Below the pieces are notes generated by a model. That model was not told the DNA's origin. It made no database searches and saw only the letters and a list, made by a program, of their open reading frames with translations. The position numbers and the translations under genes are program-made. A stretch of 64,000 bases of DNA from Chloroflexota bacterium (lineage in GTDB: Bacteria > Chloroflexota > Dehalococcoidia > GIF9 > UBA5629). The stretch covers positions 6,203 through 70,202 of the forward strand of contig VGOP01000006.1 in the NCBI GenBank assembly GCA_016875875.1, in the 5' to 3' direction. This document shows positions 35,216 through 44,233 of the stretch, one piece after another. Within the stretch, counting starts at the first letter, position 1. Each line of letters opens with the position of its first letter.

Positions 35216-38200
35216 TCAAGCTGCTTTTTCGACGCCGAGTAAGATTTCGTAATTGGAAATACGAAACTTCTCAGTATAACTTCCGCTGGGAGGTACTGAT
35301 GAAATCAGCTCCCGGGACAACGTTTCCTGCTTAATATAGTCGGCAAATTTGGTCATAACCAGTTGAATTGAATCACCGCCTTCATAATAGGTGAAGATAT
35401 GGTCGGCAATATCCAGACCCGCTGAGCGGCGCATGGTCTGTAAACGCCGTACCACCTCACGGGCGATCCCCTCAGCTTCTAACTCTGGCGACAATTCAGT
35501 AGCTACTGCCACCCAGTAGTCCCCCTCCACAGCAGAAACATAACCAGACTTATCAGCAAGCTCTTCTCCACCATAAAATTCCACTTCTTTTACATTGAGT
35601 TCGTCTAATATCTGATAGGTTAGCTTTTGCAGAGCCTTCTTTTCGCTGGCTGACCCTACCTTAACCAATGCCTTGGACAGAGGCTGGCGCACTTTTATGC
35701 CAGCTTTAGCCCTAGCAGCACGTCCGAGACTACATGCCGTCATGGCCAAGCGTGTAGCTTCAACGAGTTTTTCATCTACCTGAGACGGGTCAGCGACAGG
35801 AAAATCAGCCAGATGCACGCTTTCCACAGCTTCAGGTTCAACCGAGCAAACCAGATTCCTGTAAATCTCTTCAGCGACAAACGGTGTAAAAGGAGCCAGA
35901 AGTTTGGACAAGGTGACCAAACAGTGATATAGCGTCGAATAAGCAGCCAGCTTATCTGCATCGCTCTGACTTTTCCAGAAACGGCGACGGCTCCGCCTCA
36001 CATACCAGTTGGAAAGCTCGCCAACAAAGGTCTCAAGCTTCCGTCCGGCTGACGTAGGGTCGTAATTATCCAAAGCTCCATCTACATCAGCTATAAGCTG
36101 ATTGAGCCTGGAAAGAATCCATCTGTCTAAGTCGGAAAGCGATGATGTACCTGCTGCTTTGGGATCAAAGCGGTCAATATTGGCATAGATAGCAAAAAAG
36201 GAGTAGGTATTCCAGAGGGTAAGCAGAAAATTGCGCAACGCTTCGGCCACGGTGTCACTGGAAAAGCGGCGGACATTGCCCGCCGGGGCAGCCGTAAATA
36301 AATACCAGCGTAAAGCATCAGCCCCATAGCTATCAAGCACCGACCACGGGTCAACCACATTGCCCTTGGCCTTGCTCATCTTTTCACCCTCGGCATCGAG
36401 GATATGCCCCAGGCAGATAACATTCTTAAAGCAAGGTCGGTCAAAAAGCAGGGTGGATATGGCATGCAAGCTGTAAAACCAGCCGCGAGTCTGGTCAACC
36501 GCTTCAGAAATGTAGTCGGCAGGGAAACTCAGGTCAAAAACATTCTGATCTTCGAAAGGATAATGCCACTGGGCAAAAGGCATAGCCCCCGAGTCAAACC
36601 AACAATCAATCACCTCAGTTTGCCGCTTCATCTTACCGTCACACTTGAAGCAGGAGAAAGTAATGTCATCAACAAAAGGACGATGCAGGTCTAATGGCTC
36701 AACCAGGCCTTCGAGATCCGGCTTCGCCTTCAATTCCTCGAGGCTACCAATACACTCATAACTGTCGCATTTGGAACAACCCCAGATGTTCAATGGTGTG
36801 CCCCAATAGCGCTCCCTAGAGAAAGCCCAGTCAACGTTATTCTCCAACCAATCACCGAAGCGACCATATTTGATATGCTCAGGATACCAGTTGATCTTGT
36901 TATTACCAGAAAGAAGCGCATCCTTCTTGGCCGAAGTCCTGATGTACCAGGTTCTTTTGGCATAGTACAGGAGTGGCGCCTCACAACGCCAGCAAAACGG
37001 ATAAGTGTGTGTTATTTGCTCGCTGCGGTAAAGCAACCCTCTCGATTTGAGGTCTTCAAGGACAAGAGGGTCGGCATCTTTGACGAATTTTCCTGCAAAA
37101 GGATAAGTGCCAATTACATTGCCATTCAAATCTACAGGTTGGACAAAGTCGAGATCATTATCTTCTCCCGCTTCAAAGTCAACTTCACCGAAGGCCGGAG
37201 CAATATGGACAACGCCAGTGCCATCTTCCATAGAGACAAAATCATCCGCTATAACCGGGTAGTTAAAAAGGTCAAGTTGTTTCCATTTGATATTAGATGA
37301 AGGTTCCCCATCCGTTTCCTTCACATCCATTCTGCCTATAGTTACTCCAAAGTCCCACGGGTTGAATAGTGGTTCATATCTCAGATCAATCAAGTCACTT
37401 CCCCTGACCTTAGCAACAATAGGAACATTACCCAGCCCTAACTGCTCTAAACGGGCGCAAGCCAAAATGAGATACTCGTTATCAATTTCCACAAACGCAT
37501 ATTCTGCATCATCAGCAACCGCAAGTGCAGTGTTGCCAGGCAGTGTCCAGGGAGTAGTCGTCCATGCCAGCAAGTAAACAGGCCTATCCCCGGTAAGATC
37601 AAGAAGCCACTTCACAAAATCGGCTTCCCTATCGCCATAACCCTTTCGTAGCCGGTCGATAAACCCCGTGCTTCTATACAGTGATTTTGCAACCTTGAAC
37701 TTTATGTAAACTGAAGGGTCCTCAGCATCATCTCTATAGCCCAGAGCCACCTCATGAGAGCTAAGCGATGTGCCACATCTAGGACAATGTGGAGTAACCC
37801 TGTAGCCTTGGTAAATCAAGCCTTTATCCCACAATTGCTTCAGTGCCCACCAGCAAGATTCAATATAGGTATTTTCGAGGGTTCTATAAGCGTGCTCTAA
37901 ATCAAGCCAGAAGCCGATACGCTCAGTCATAGCTTCCCATTCTTTAAGATAGCTGAACACGCTCTCTCGGCAAAGCGTATTGAATTTAGCCACTCCATAT
38001 TCTTCAATCTGGGCTTTGCCAGAAAAACCCAGCATCTTCTCTATCTCTAGCTCCACCGGAAGCCCATGAGTGTCCCAACCTCCCTTACGCGGAGCATAGT
38101 AGCCCTTCATTGTCTTGTATCGGGGAATGATGTCCTTGAACACTCGCGACAGCACATGATGGATTCCCGGGCTGCCATTGGCTGTCGGTGGTCCCTCATA

Positions 38201-38329
38201 CAGGGTGAATTGTATTGCACCACGCCGGGTCTCTAGGCTTTTTTCAAAGATTTGGTGCTCTTTCCAGAAACTGAGGGTGGCTTTTTCTAACTGGGGGAAA
38301 TTGACCTTGCTGTTTACCGGTCGGAACAT
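35216..38329 (-). CDS. ileS: isoleucine--tRNA ligase (type 2, archaeal/eukaryotic-like)
   Basis: 1037 aa; 'PTANGSPGIHHVLSRV' (HIGH), 'KMSKAKGN' (KMSKS), Zn-finger CxxC pairs. Confidence 0.9.
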   Translation of the reverse strand: MFRPVNSKVNFPQLEKATLSFWKEHQIFEKSLETRRGAIQFTLYEGPPTANGSPGIHHVLSRVFKDIIPRYKTMKGYYAPRKGGWDTHGLPVELEIEKMLGFSGKAQIEEYGVAKFNTLCRESVFSYLKEWEAMTERIGFWLDLEHAYRTLENTYIESCWWALKQLWDKGLIYQGYRVTPHCPRCGTSLSSHEVALGYRDDAEDPSVYIKFKVAKSLYRSTGFIDRLRKGYGDREADFVKWLLDLTGDRPVYLLAWTTTPWTLPGNTALAVADDAEYAFVEIDNEYLILACARLEQLGLGNVPIVAKVRGSDLIDLRYEPLFNPWDFGVTIGRMDVKETDGEPSSNIKWKQLDLFNYPVIADDFVSMEDGTGVVHIAPAFGEVDFEAGEDNDLDFVQPVDLNGNVIGTYPFAGKFVKDADPLVLEDLKSRGLLYRSEQITHTYPFCWRCEAPLLYYAKRTWYIRTSAKKDALLSGNNKINWYPEHIKYGRFGDWLENNVDWAFSRERYWGTPLNIWGCSKCDSYECIGSLEELKAKPDLEGLVEPLDLHRPFVDDITFSCFKCDGKMKRQTEVIDCWFDSGAMPFAQWHYPFEDQNVFDLSFPADYISEAVDQTRGWFYSLHAISTLLFDRPCFKNVICLGHILDAEGEKMSKAKGNVVDPWSVLDSYGADALRWYLFTAAPAGNVRRFSSDTVAEALRNFLLTLWNTYSFFAIYANIDRFDPKAAGTSSLSDLDRWILSRLNQLIADVDGALDNYDPTSAGRKLETFVGELSNWYVRRSRRRFWKSQSDADKLAAYSTLYHCLVTLSKLLAPFTPFVAEEIYRNLVCSVEPEAVESVHLADFPVADPSQVDEKLVEATRLAMTACSLGRAARAKAGIKVRQPLSKALVKVGSASEKKALQKLTYQILDELNVKEVEFYGGEELADKSGYVSAVEGDYWVAVATELSPELEAEGIAREVVRRLQTMRRSAGLDIADHIFTYYEGGDSIQLVMTKFADYIKQETLSRELISSVPPSGSYTEKFRISNYEILLGVEKAA

Positions 38330-38331
38330 GC

Positions 38332-38979
38332 CTAATGCTTCTTCAACATAATAGCTACTTTTCGCATCTCACCCTCGCCTATGCTCTGGGTAGTAACATC
38401 CGGATGATCAGTCAAAGCTAAATGAATAATGCGACGCTCATCTGCAGGCATAGGCTCAAGAGTTATCAAACGCCGGTTCCTTTTCACCTGCTCTGCTAAA
38501 CGCAAAGCCAAGTTCTGTAATGACTCGTAGCGACGCTTCTTATAACCAGCAACATCAACATTTATCGGTACCCACGCCTTCAGCTTTTCAGCGACTATCA
38601 GTCTGACAATATACTGTAGAGAAGCCAGAGTCTGACCACGACGACCAATCAAAACACCGAGGTCATCGCCTTCAATATTCAGTGTCACCGGCAATTCACC
38701 ATTAGCTGATTGGGTGACAGAGACGTCAGCCGCTATTCCCATGAATTTAATCAGCGCCTCCATGACCTCCTTGGCCAAATTAACTACATCGGCCTTCTCA
38801 CCATCCACAGGCAGAAGACTTACCTTAATCCTGGCCTCCTCAGCACCCATTCCCAAAACTCCCGACCTACCTTTCTTCAATATCTCCACCTCCACCCGGT
38901 CTTCACCTACGCCCAATTGTTCCAGGGCCATATGAATAGCTTCGTCAACTGTTTTAGCACTTACCTCTAATTCTTTCAT
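38332..38979 (-). CDS. khpB: Jag/KhpB RNA-binding protein (Jag-N, KH, R3H domains)
   Basis: 'MKELEVSAKTVDEAIHMALEQLGV' Jag-N domain; C-terminal R3H 'LEPMPADERRIIHLAL'. It overlaps yidC by 4 nt. Confidence 0.8.
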   Translation of the reverse strand: MKELEVSAKTVDEAIHMALEQLGVGEDRVEVEILKKGRSGVLGMGAEEARIKVSLLPVDGEKADVVNLAKEVMEALIKFMGIAADVSVTQSANGELPVTLNIEGDDLGVLIGRRGQTLASLQYIVRLIVAEKLKAWVPINVDVAGYKKRRYESLQNLALRLAEQVKRNRRLITLEPMPADERRIIHLALTDHPDVTTQSIGEGEMRKVAIMLKKH

Positions 38980-39851
38980 CTTCCAAAAAGACCTCTCTTC
39001 TTCTCTCCAGCTGCCTTCTTTATCGCCTTGGACTCTTCAGCCGCTTTCTGTACTATCTTGGATGGTTGTTCAGTTGGTGCTATTTTCCGGACCGGCACGG
39101 GTTTTTGATCCGGCACTGGCTTTGGAGCCGAAGGAGTCCTCAAATAGCCCCAGCCACCACCAACGAAATACTGGATTACTATGCCAATCACATTCGAAAC
39201 CACCCAGTACAGAGCCAAGCCACTCGGGAAAGACAGAGTGAAAAATCCAAACATCAGTGGCATCATCATTGTAGTCATGCTGGTCATAGACTGCTGTCGT
39301 GGGTCAGTAGCTGGTGCCGTCACCATCTTCTGCTGTATCCACATTGTGCCACCTACAAGTATAGCCAAGATGAGATTAGGGTCGGGTCGTGATAATTTTA
39401 GCCAGAGGAAATGTTCGTTCAGCGGGATCGCTTGACTTACCATCGCCCAAGGATAAAGATGCTGCGACAAGTTCAATAAGTTCTCTGGTGTAGCTGCCAA
39501 GGCCTGCATAATAGACTGGTACAGAGCGATCCATATAGGCAACTGAATAAGCATAGGCCAAAGACAGCCCAGGGGGTTTATCCCGGCTTCCTTATACAGC
39601 TTCATCATCTCCTGTTGCAATTTTTGCTGGTTTTTGGCGTACTTCTTCTGAAGCTCCTGAATCCTTGGTTGTAGTGTTTGCATGGCCTTAGTTGACTGAG
39701 TCTGCCGTACAGTAAGCGGGAACAACGCTAGACGAACAACGACCGTAAGAACGATAATCGCCCACCCAAAGCTGCCACCTAACACAGTGCACAGAGCAAT
39801 TAAGCTATTGAGTACGGGTTCCAAGATAATAGTATTCCACAGTTCAGCCAT
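38976..39851 (-). CDS. yidC: membrane protein insertase YidC (short form)
   Basis: 'WAIIVLTVVVRLALFPLTVRQTQS...MQTLQPRIQELQKKY' and 5 TM segments. Confidence 0.85.
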   Translation of the reverse strand: MAELWNTIILEPVLNSLIALCTVLGGSFGWAIIVLTVVVRLALFPLTVRQTQSTKAMQTLQPRIQELQKKYAKNQQKLQQEMMKLYKEAGINPLGCLWPMLIQLPIWIALYQSIMQALAATPENLLNLSQHLYPWAMVSQAIPLNEHFLWLKLSRPDPNLILAILVGGTMWIQQKMVTAPATDPRQQSMTSMTTMMMPLMFGFFTLSFPSGLALYWVVSNVIGIVIQYFVGGGWGYLRTPSAPKPVPDQKPVPVRKIAPTEQPSKIVQKAAEESKAIKKAAGEKKRGLFGR

Positions 39852-39859
39852 AATTAACT

Positions 39860-41068
39860 CTACTTAATATCAGAATAACAAAATTCCCAGATCTTATCTC
39901 CACTCTGTACATCCACACCATAGACACAGCGATGACTGGCATGGACATAAATCGTGTTTTCTTCAGTATAAAGGGGGGCCATTACCGAGCTGCCAATAGA
40001 CACAGGCCGCTCTAATTCTCCACTATCAGCCTTAAGTATGTACACCACACCTGACTTTGATGCTACTACAAGAAGATTATTCACCAGCACGGGCGTGGAC
40101 ACAATCTGGTCATCAGCAGTAAATCGCCACAGCTCCTTACCAGTGCTGGCATGAATGGCATAGATGTTATGGTCAAGGCAACCAGCATAAACCACATCAT
40201 CTTTAACTACCGGTGTTGACCAGAACCAATTATCTGCCTCAAACTTCCACTTCTCACTACCATCAGCGCTAGCAACAGAATAAAGATAACGGTCAAAGGT
40301 GCCGAAGTAGATATTATCTCCAGAAATTACTGGCGATGAAGCAATAGCTGCTGGCAACTCAACTTTCCACAACAGGCTACCATCTGCGCTCGACACCGCA
40401 AAAAGCTTCCGCTCATAATTGCTAACATAAACAACATCATCTTCAAATGCTGGAGATGTCCATATCTTGCTCCCAGTGTCAAATGGTGCCCATCTTTCGT
40501 TCCCCTTCTCGTCTAATGCATAGAGTTTACCATCAGAGCTGCCAACATAAAGAGTGTCTTCAACCACTATCGGGCTACCAACAACAGCTCCAATGAATTT
40601 ATTTTCTTTTCGTGGATAAAACCATTCTCCCTCATTCCATGCCGGGATGCCTTCTTCATCATAGCCAGGAGCCACCCTATTTATAGCCATCACTTTGCCA
40701 CTATCACCAACGTAGGTGGCAACATAAACTAGATTACCAGCAACTACTGGCGTGCCATAAACAGTCGCCAGCTGTGCCGTCGGAACACAACCCAGAGGGC
40801 CACACATTCCGCCTGGAGCAGCCGGTCCTTTGACAGGAAGAACCCACTCCCCTTCGCTTGGGAAAGGCAGTCCTTGACTTCGAGCCGAAGTGTTTACTGC
40901 CAAAATTCTGCCATCCATTGTCCCAAAGTAAAGAATACCATCATGACCTGCAAATCCAGACCATCCTTGATATGCTGGCCCAGTACAACCAGGGACAAGC
41001 AAGCTTAGAGCAATAAGCGAGAATATCAGACTTAATCTCTTTGTTTTGATTTTTAAGAAACCGGTCAT
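39860..41068 (-). CDS. PQQ-like beta-propeller repeat lipoprotein
   Basis: Repeated 'DG.LYA.D..TG...W' blades ('GKLYALDEKGNERW', 'LFAVSSADGSLLWK', 'LYSVASADGSEKWKF', 'IYAIHASTGKELWRF'). Lipobox 'LVPGC'. Start placed at M of 'MTGFLKIKTKRLSLIFSLIALSLLVPGC'; the track ORF extends to 41125. Confidence 0.7.
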   Translation of the reverse strand: MTGFLKIKTKRLSLIFSLIALSLLVPGCTGPAYQGWSGFAGHDGILYFGTMDGRILAVNTSARSQGLPFPSEGEWVLPVKGPAAPGGMCGPLGCVPTAQLATVYGTPVVAGNLVYVATYVGDSGKVMAINRVAPGYDEEGIPAWNEGEWFYPRKENKFIGAVVGSPIVVEDTLYVGSSDGKLYALDEKGNERWAPFDTGSKIWTSPAFEDDVVYVSNYERKLFAVSSADGSLLWKVELPAAIASSPVISGDNIYFGTFDRYLYSVASADGSEKWKFEADNWFWSTPVVKDDVVYAGCLDHNIYAIHASTGKELWRFTADDQIVSTPVLVNNLLVVASKSGVVYILKADSGELERPVSIGSSVMAPLYTEENTIYVHASHRCVYGVDVQSGDKIWEFCYSDIK

Positions 41069-41102
41069 CTCATTCACAATTAACAGCAAAAAATTAAGGA
41101 AT

Positions 41103-41318
41103 CTATGGTACTGGGTCATAGCCACCGCTAGACCATGGGTGGCAACGAGCTAAACGTTTGGCTGCAATCCAGCTTCCTTTGATAAGCCCGTATCTCTCAA
41201 TCGCTTGGTAAGCATAATGCGAACACGTAGGAGCAAATCGGCAAGCAGATGGAGTAACCTGTGACACCGTAGACTGATACAGCTTAATTGACTCCAGCAC
41301 GAACCATTTCATTTTCAT
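41103..41318 (-). CDS. yidD: membrane protein insertion efficiency factor YidD
   Basis: 'CRFAPTCSHYAYQAIERYGLIKGSWIAAKRLARCHPWSSGGYDPVP'. Confidence 0.85.
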   Translation of the reverse strand: MKMKWFVLESIKLYQSTVSQVTPSACRFAPTCSHYAYQAIERYGLIKGSWIAAKRLARCHPWSSGGYDPVP

Positions 41319-41643
41319 TCATTAGGTGAGCTCTTAATAGCAGCTTCCCTATAGATCTCTTGAGTTCATGATAGTCAGCAGTCACTGCAGCCTGCCGGGC
41401 AATAAACACTATATCCCACCCCGGTTTTAGCGATGTCACACGTACAACTTCCCTGAGCATCCGACGTACCCTATTGCGCACAACCGCCTTACCAATCTCC
41501 TTAGTCACTGAAAGTCCGTACCGGCTAAACTCAAGCTCATTAGGTAACGCTTTTATCACTATAAGGTTACCTACCCAAGCTTTACCCGATTTATAAACGG
41601 TCAAATACTGGGCTCTCTTTGTTAAAGCCCCTATTTTTGCCAT
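41284..41643 (-). CDS. rnpA: ribonuclease P protein component
   Basis: 119 aa; 'SRYGLSVTKEIGKAVVRNRVRRMLREV'. It overlaps yidD. Confidence 0.85.
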   Translation of the reverse strand: MAKIGALTKRAQYLTVYKSGKAWVGNLIVIKALPNELEFSRYGLSVTKEIGKAVVRNRVRRMLREVVRVTSLKPGWDIVFIARQAAVTADYHELKRSIGKLLLRAHLMNENEMVRAGVN

Positions 41644-41647
41644 GCTT

Positions 41648-41787
41648 CTAAACTGGCGTTAATTCCCAGCGGCCCTTGAGCCGCCTTGACTTCAATACCT
41701 TCCGCCCTCCTCGCGTTGCCATCCTAGCCCGGAAGCCATGCTTACGCTTTCGTGAGATTTTCTTAGGCTGGTATGTTCTCTTAGGCA
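41648..41787 (-). CDS. rpmH: 50S ribosomal protein L34
   Basis: Hand translation '[46 protein letters not shown]'. Too short for the ORF track. Coordinates are approximate to within 1-2 nt. Confidence 0.8.
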
Positions 41788-42101
41788 TTTTTCTTTTCCT
41801 GAGGAGCCATGCTTCTATTTTCAGGAATCCTACTAGGGCTGATATGATCCGGAGTGTAAGGCAATAAGGCCAAGTAGCGAGCCCTCTTTATCGCCAATGA
41901 CAAGCGTCGCTGGTGCTTGGCACAAGCGCCTGTCCGACGGCGTGGCTGGATTCTAGCCCGGTCGGAAATATAGCGCCGCAATCTGGAGATATCTTTATAA
42001 TCTATTTCAGCCTTGTCGGCGCAAAAGGGGCAAACTTTGGGCTTGAAAACAAAACGACGCCCCTTTTCTCTTGTCTCTTTAATCCCCTCACCTTCCTCCA
42101 T
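41781..42101 (-). CDS. rpsR: 30S ribosomal protein S18 (with an unusual ~20-aa C-terminal extension)
   Basis: '[59 protein letters not shown]'. Confidence 0.8.
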   Translation of the reverse strand: MEEGEGIKETREKGRRFVFKPKVCPFCADKAEIDYKDISRLRRYISDRARIQPRRRTGACAKHQRRLSLAIKRARYLALLPYTPDHISPSRIPENRSMAPQEKKNA

Positions 42102-42138
42102 ATTTTAAATCTATGCCTCCTTATTAAAAGATAAACTA

Positions 42139-42561
42139 CTAGAAAGGTAGATCGTCAGGCGCTACCTCTTCCTCAGTAGCTTCCACAGCAGCTTCCACAG
42201 GGCCTTCCTCCCCAGGGAGCGGGGCTACCGCCTGCCTATCAAGGAACAGCACTCTATTAGCTATCACCTCAGCAGTGACACGCCTCTGCCCATCTCGTCC
42301 TTCCCAAGAGCGAGTCCGTAGGCTGCCCTCGACATAAACTCGCTGTCCTTTAGTCAAAAACTGATTACAACTCTCAGCCTGTTTTTTCCAAGCAACTATC
42401 GTGAACCACTCTGTCTCCTGTCTTCGCTCCCCTTCAGATGTCGTGTAGGCTCGACTCGTGGCAACACGGAACGAAGTTACTGGATTGCCACTCGATGTGA
42501 AACGCATCTCCGGGTCAGTCCCCACATTCCCAATGAGCATGATCCTGTTTAGACTCGCCAT
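42139..42561 (-). CDS. ssb: single-stranded DNA-binding protein
   Basis: 'LNRIMLIGNVGTDPEMRFTSSGNPVTSFRVA...EWFTIVAWKKQAE' and the acidic C-terminal tail 'DDLPF'. Confidence 0.9.
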   Translation of the reverse strand: MASLNRIMLIGNVGTDPEMRFTSSGNPVTSFRVATSRAYTTSEGERRQETEWFTIVAWKKQAESCNQFLTKGQRVYVEGSLRTRSWEGRDGQRRVTAEVIANRVLFLDRQAVAPLPGEEGPVEAAVEATEEEVAPDDLPF

Positions 42562-42579
42562 CGCCAGACTCCTTACACC

Positions 42580-42867
42580 TTAATCCACCAATTTTATTAA
42601 GAGATGACGTAAAATTTTCCCTGAAAGCCGAAGATTCGCTTCTAGCTCCTTAGTCAAAGCCGGCTTCAATTTGAGCTTAGTCAACACGTAATTGCCCTCT
42701 GTGGACCGCTTTATAGGATAAGCCAGCTGTTTCCTCCCCCACTGATTTACCTCATCTACACTTCCACCGGTTTTATTGACTAGCTCGCCCAGCTTGGTGA
42801 TAAAGTCAGGTACTTCCTCATCAGCTACTTCAGGACTGATTATAAGCACCATTTCATAGCTATGCAT
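42580..42867 (-). CDS. rpsF: 30S ribosomal protein S6
   Basis: 'MHSYEMVLIISPEV...VNQWGRKQLAYPIKR'. Confidence 0.85.
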   Translation of the reverse strand: MHSYEMVLIISPEVADEEVPDFITKLGELVNKTGGSVDEVNQWGRKQLAYPIKRSTEGNYVLTKLKLKPALTKELEANLRLSGKILRHLLIKLVD

Positions 42868-43005
42868 TCAGATTACCCTCGAAATTCAAAAGTGGGCACA
42901 TTATAGCACATCAACGAAAATAGCAACAAGCTCACGAACCAACCTGAGCATTTCTTGCATTTTAATCGCATCTGGCTTATATTTCTGTTAGACAAAGGAG
43001 ACATT

Positions 43006-44106
43006 TTGGAAATTTGCATCATCGGGCTGCCCAAAAGCGGCAAGACAACGATTTTCAATGCCTTGACCAAGGGAAAGGTTGACACTAAAACCTATACCAC
43101 AACTGCCTTGACTCCAAACTTCGGGGTATCTAAAGTACCAGAACCTAGATTGCAATTTCTGGATAGAATATTCCATCCAAAGAAGATAACACCGACTGAG
43201 GTCAAATATGTTGATATTGCCGGTGTAGGCAAAGGTTCCGGCAAGGATGAGGGAATAAGCGGCCAATTCCTGAACTACCTGAGTAACGCAGATGCACTAC
43301 TCCATGTGGTCCGAGCCTTTGAAGACGAAAACATGCCGCACATAGACGGCAGCCTAAATCCAAAACGCGACATAGCTAGCATGAACCTAGAGCTTGTCTT
43401 CTCTGATTTAGCCATAATTGAAAGAAGGCTAAAGCGACTTGAAGATTCTTTAAAAGGCGCTAAGCCATCAGAACGCGACCAGCTCCTGAGAGAACAAGCC
43501 CTGCTTCAAAAGATTAAGTCACAATTAGAAAAAGATATACCCATCTGGCAGCAAAGCTTAACCGGTGAGGAAATCAGAAGCTTGGCCAATTACCAGTTCC
43601 TTACTGCCAAACATATACTGATAGTCATCAACATCGGAGAGAACCAGTTGGCACAGGCCTCCACTCTCGAATCTGAGATACGCTCAGCCTATTCTCACTC
43701 CCAATTTGAAGTAGCTGCCTTATGTGGTAAGTTAGAAATGGAACTAGCCCAACTAAGCGACGATGAAGCTACAGAATTTCGCAATGCTCTTGGCCTGACG
43801 GAACCAGCAGTTGACCGCATCGTCAGACTTTCCTATCAACTTCTGGGACTGATCTCTTTCTTCACCACCGTCTCCGAGGAATTAAAAGCCTGGACAATCC
43901 CTAGAGGGACAATAGCCTTAAAAGCCGCCGGGAAAATCCACTCTGACATCGAAAAGGGGTTTATTCGGGCTGAAGTCGTCAGTTTTCACGATTTGGATAG
44001 ATGCGGTAGTCTAGCTGAAGCCCGAAAACACGGCTTGCTCAGGCTCGAAGGTAAGAATCACATCGTGCAAGACGGAGATATAATAACCTTTCTATTTAAC
44101 ATCTAG
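43006..44106 (+). CDS. ychF: ribosome-binding ATPase YchF (Obg-family)
   Basis: 'ICIIGLPKSGKTTIFNALT' P-loop and C-terminal TGS domain. TTG start at 43006 with AAGGAG 5 nt upstream; the track ORF starts at 42955. Confidence 0.8.
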   Translation: MEICIIGLPKSGKTTIFNALTKGKVDTKTYTTTALTPNFGVSKVPEPRLQFLDRIFHPKKITPTEVKYVDIAGVGKGSGKDEGISGQFLNYLSNADALLHVVRAFEDENMPHIDGSLNPKRDIASMNLELVFSDLAIIERRLKRLEDSLKGAKPSERDQLLREQALLQKIKSQLEKDIPIWQQSLTGEEIRSLANYQFLTAKHILIVINIGENQLAQASTLESEIRSAYSHSQFEVAALCGKLEMELAQLSDDEATEFRNALGLTEPAVDRIVRLSYQLLGLISFFTTVSEELKAWTIPRGTIALKAAGKIHSDIEKGFIRAEVVSFHDLDRCGSLAEARKHGLLRLEGKNHIVQDGDIITFLFNI

Positions 44107-44187
44107 GAGGGGTCGCTCTCGCTCAAAATGTCATTAGTCTAGTAACTTGTAATGTGCGGCCACCGTCTTCAACATCCTTATTTTAGA

Positions 44188-44196
44188 TGGTATAAT
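44188..44196 (+). promoter_or_regulatory. extended -10 promoter element (TGgTATAAT) for ppsA
   Basis: TGGTATAAT at 44188-44196, about 38 nt upstream of the ppsA ATG. The -35 is weak (TTCAAC). Confidence 0.35.
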
Positions 44197-44233
44197 AGTC
44201 CCACAGAGAGCGACTCACACAACAAGGAGGGGC

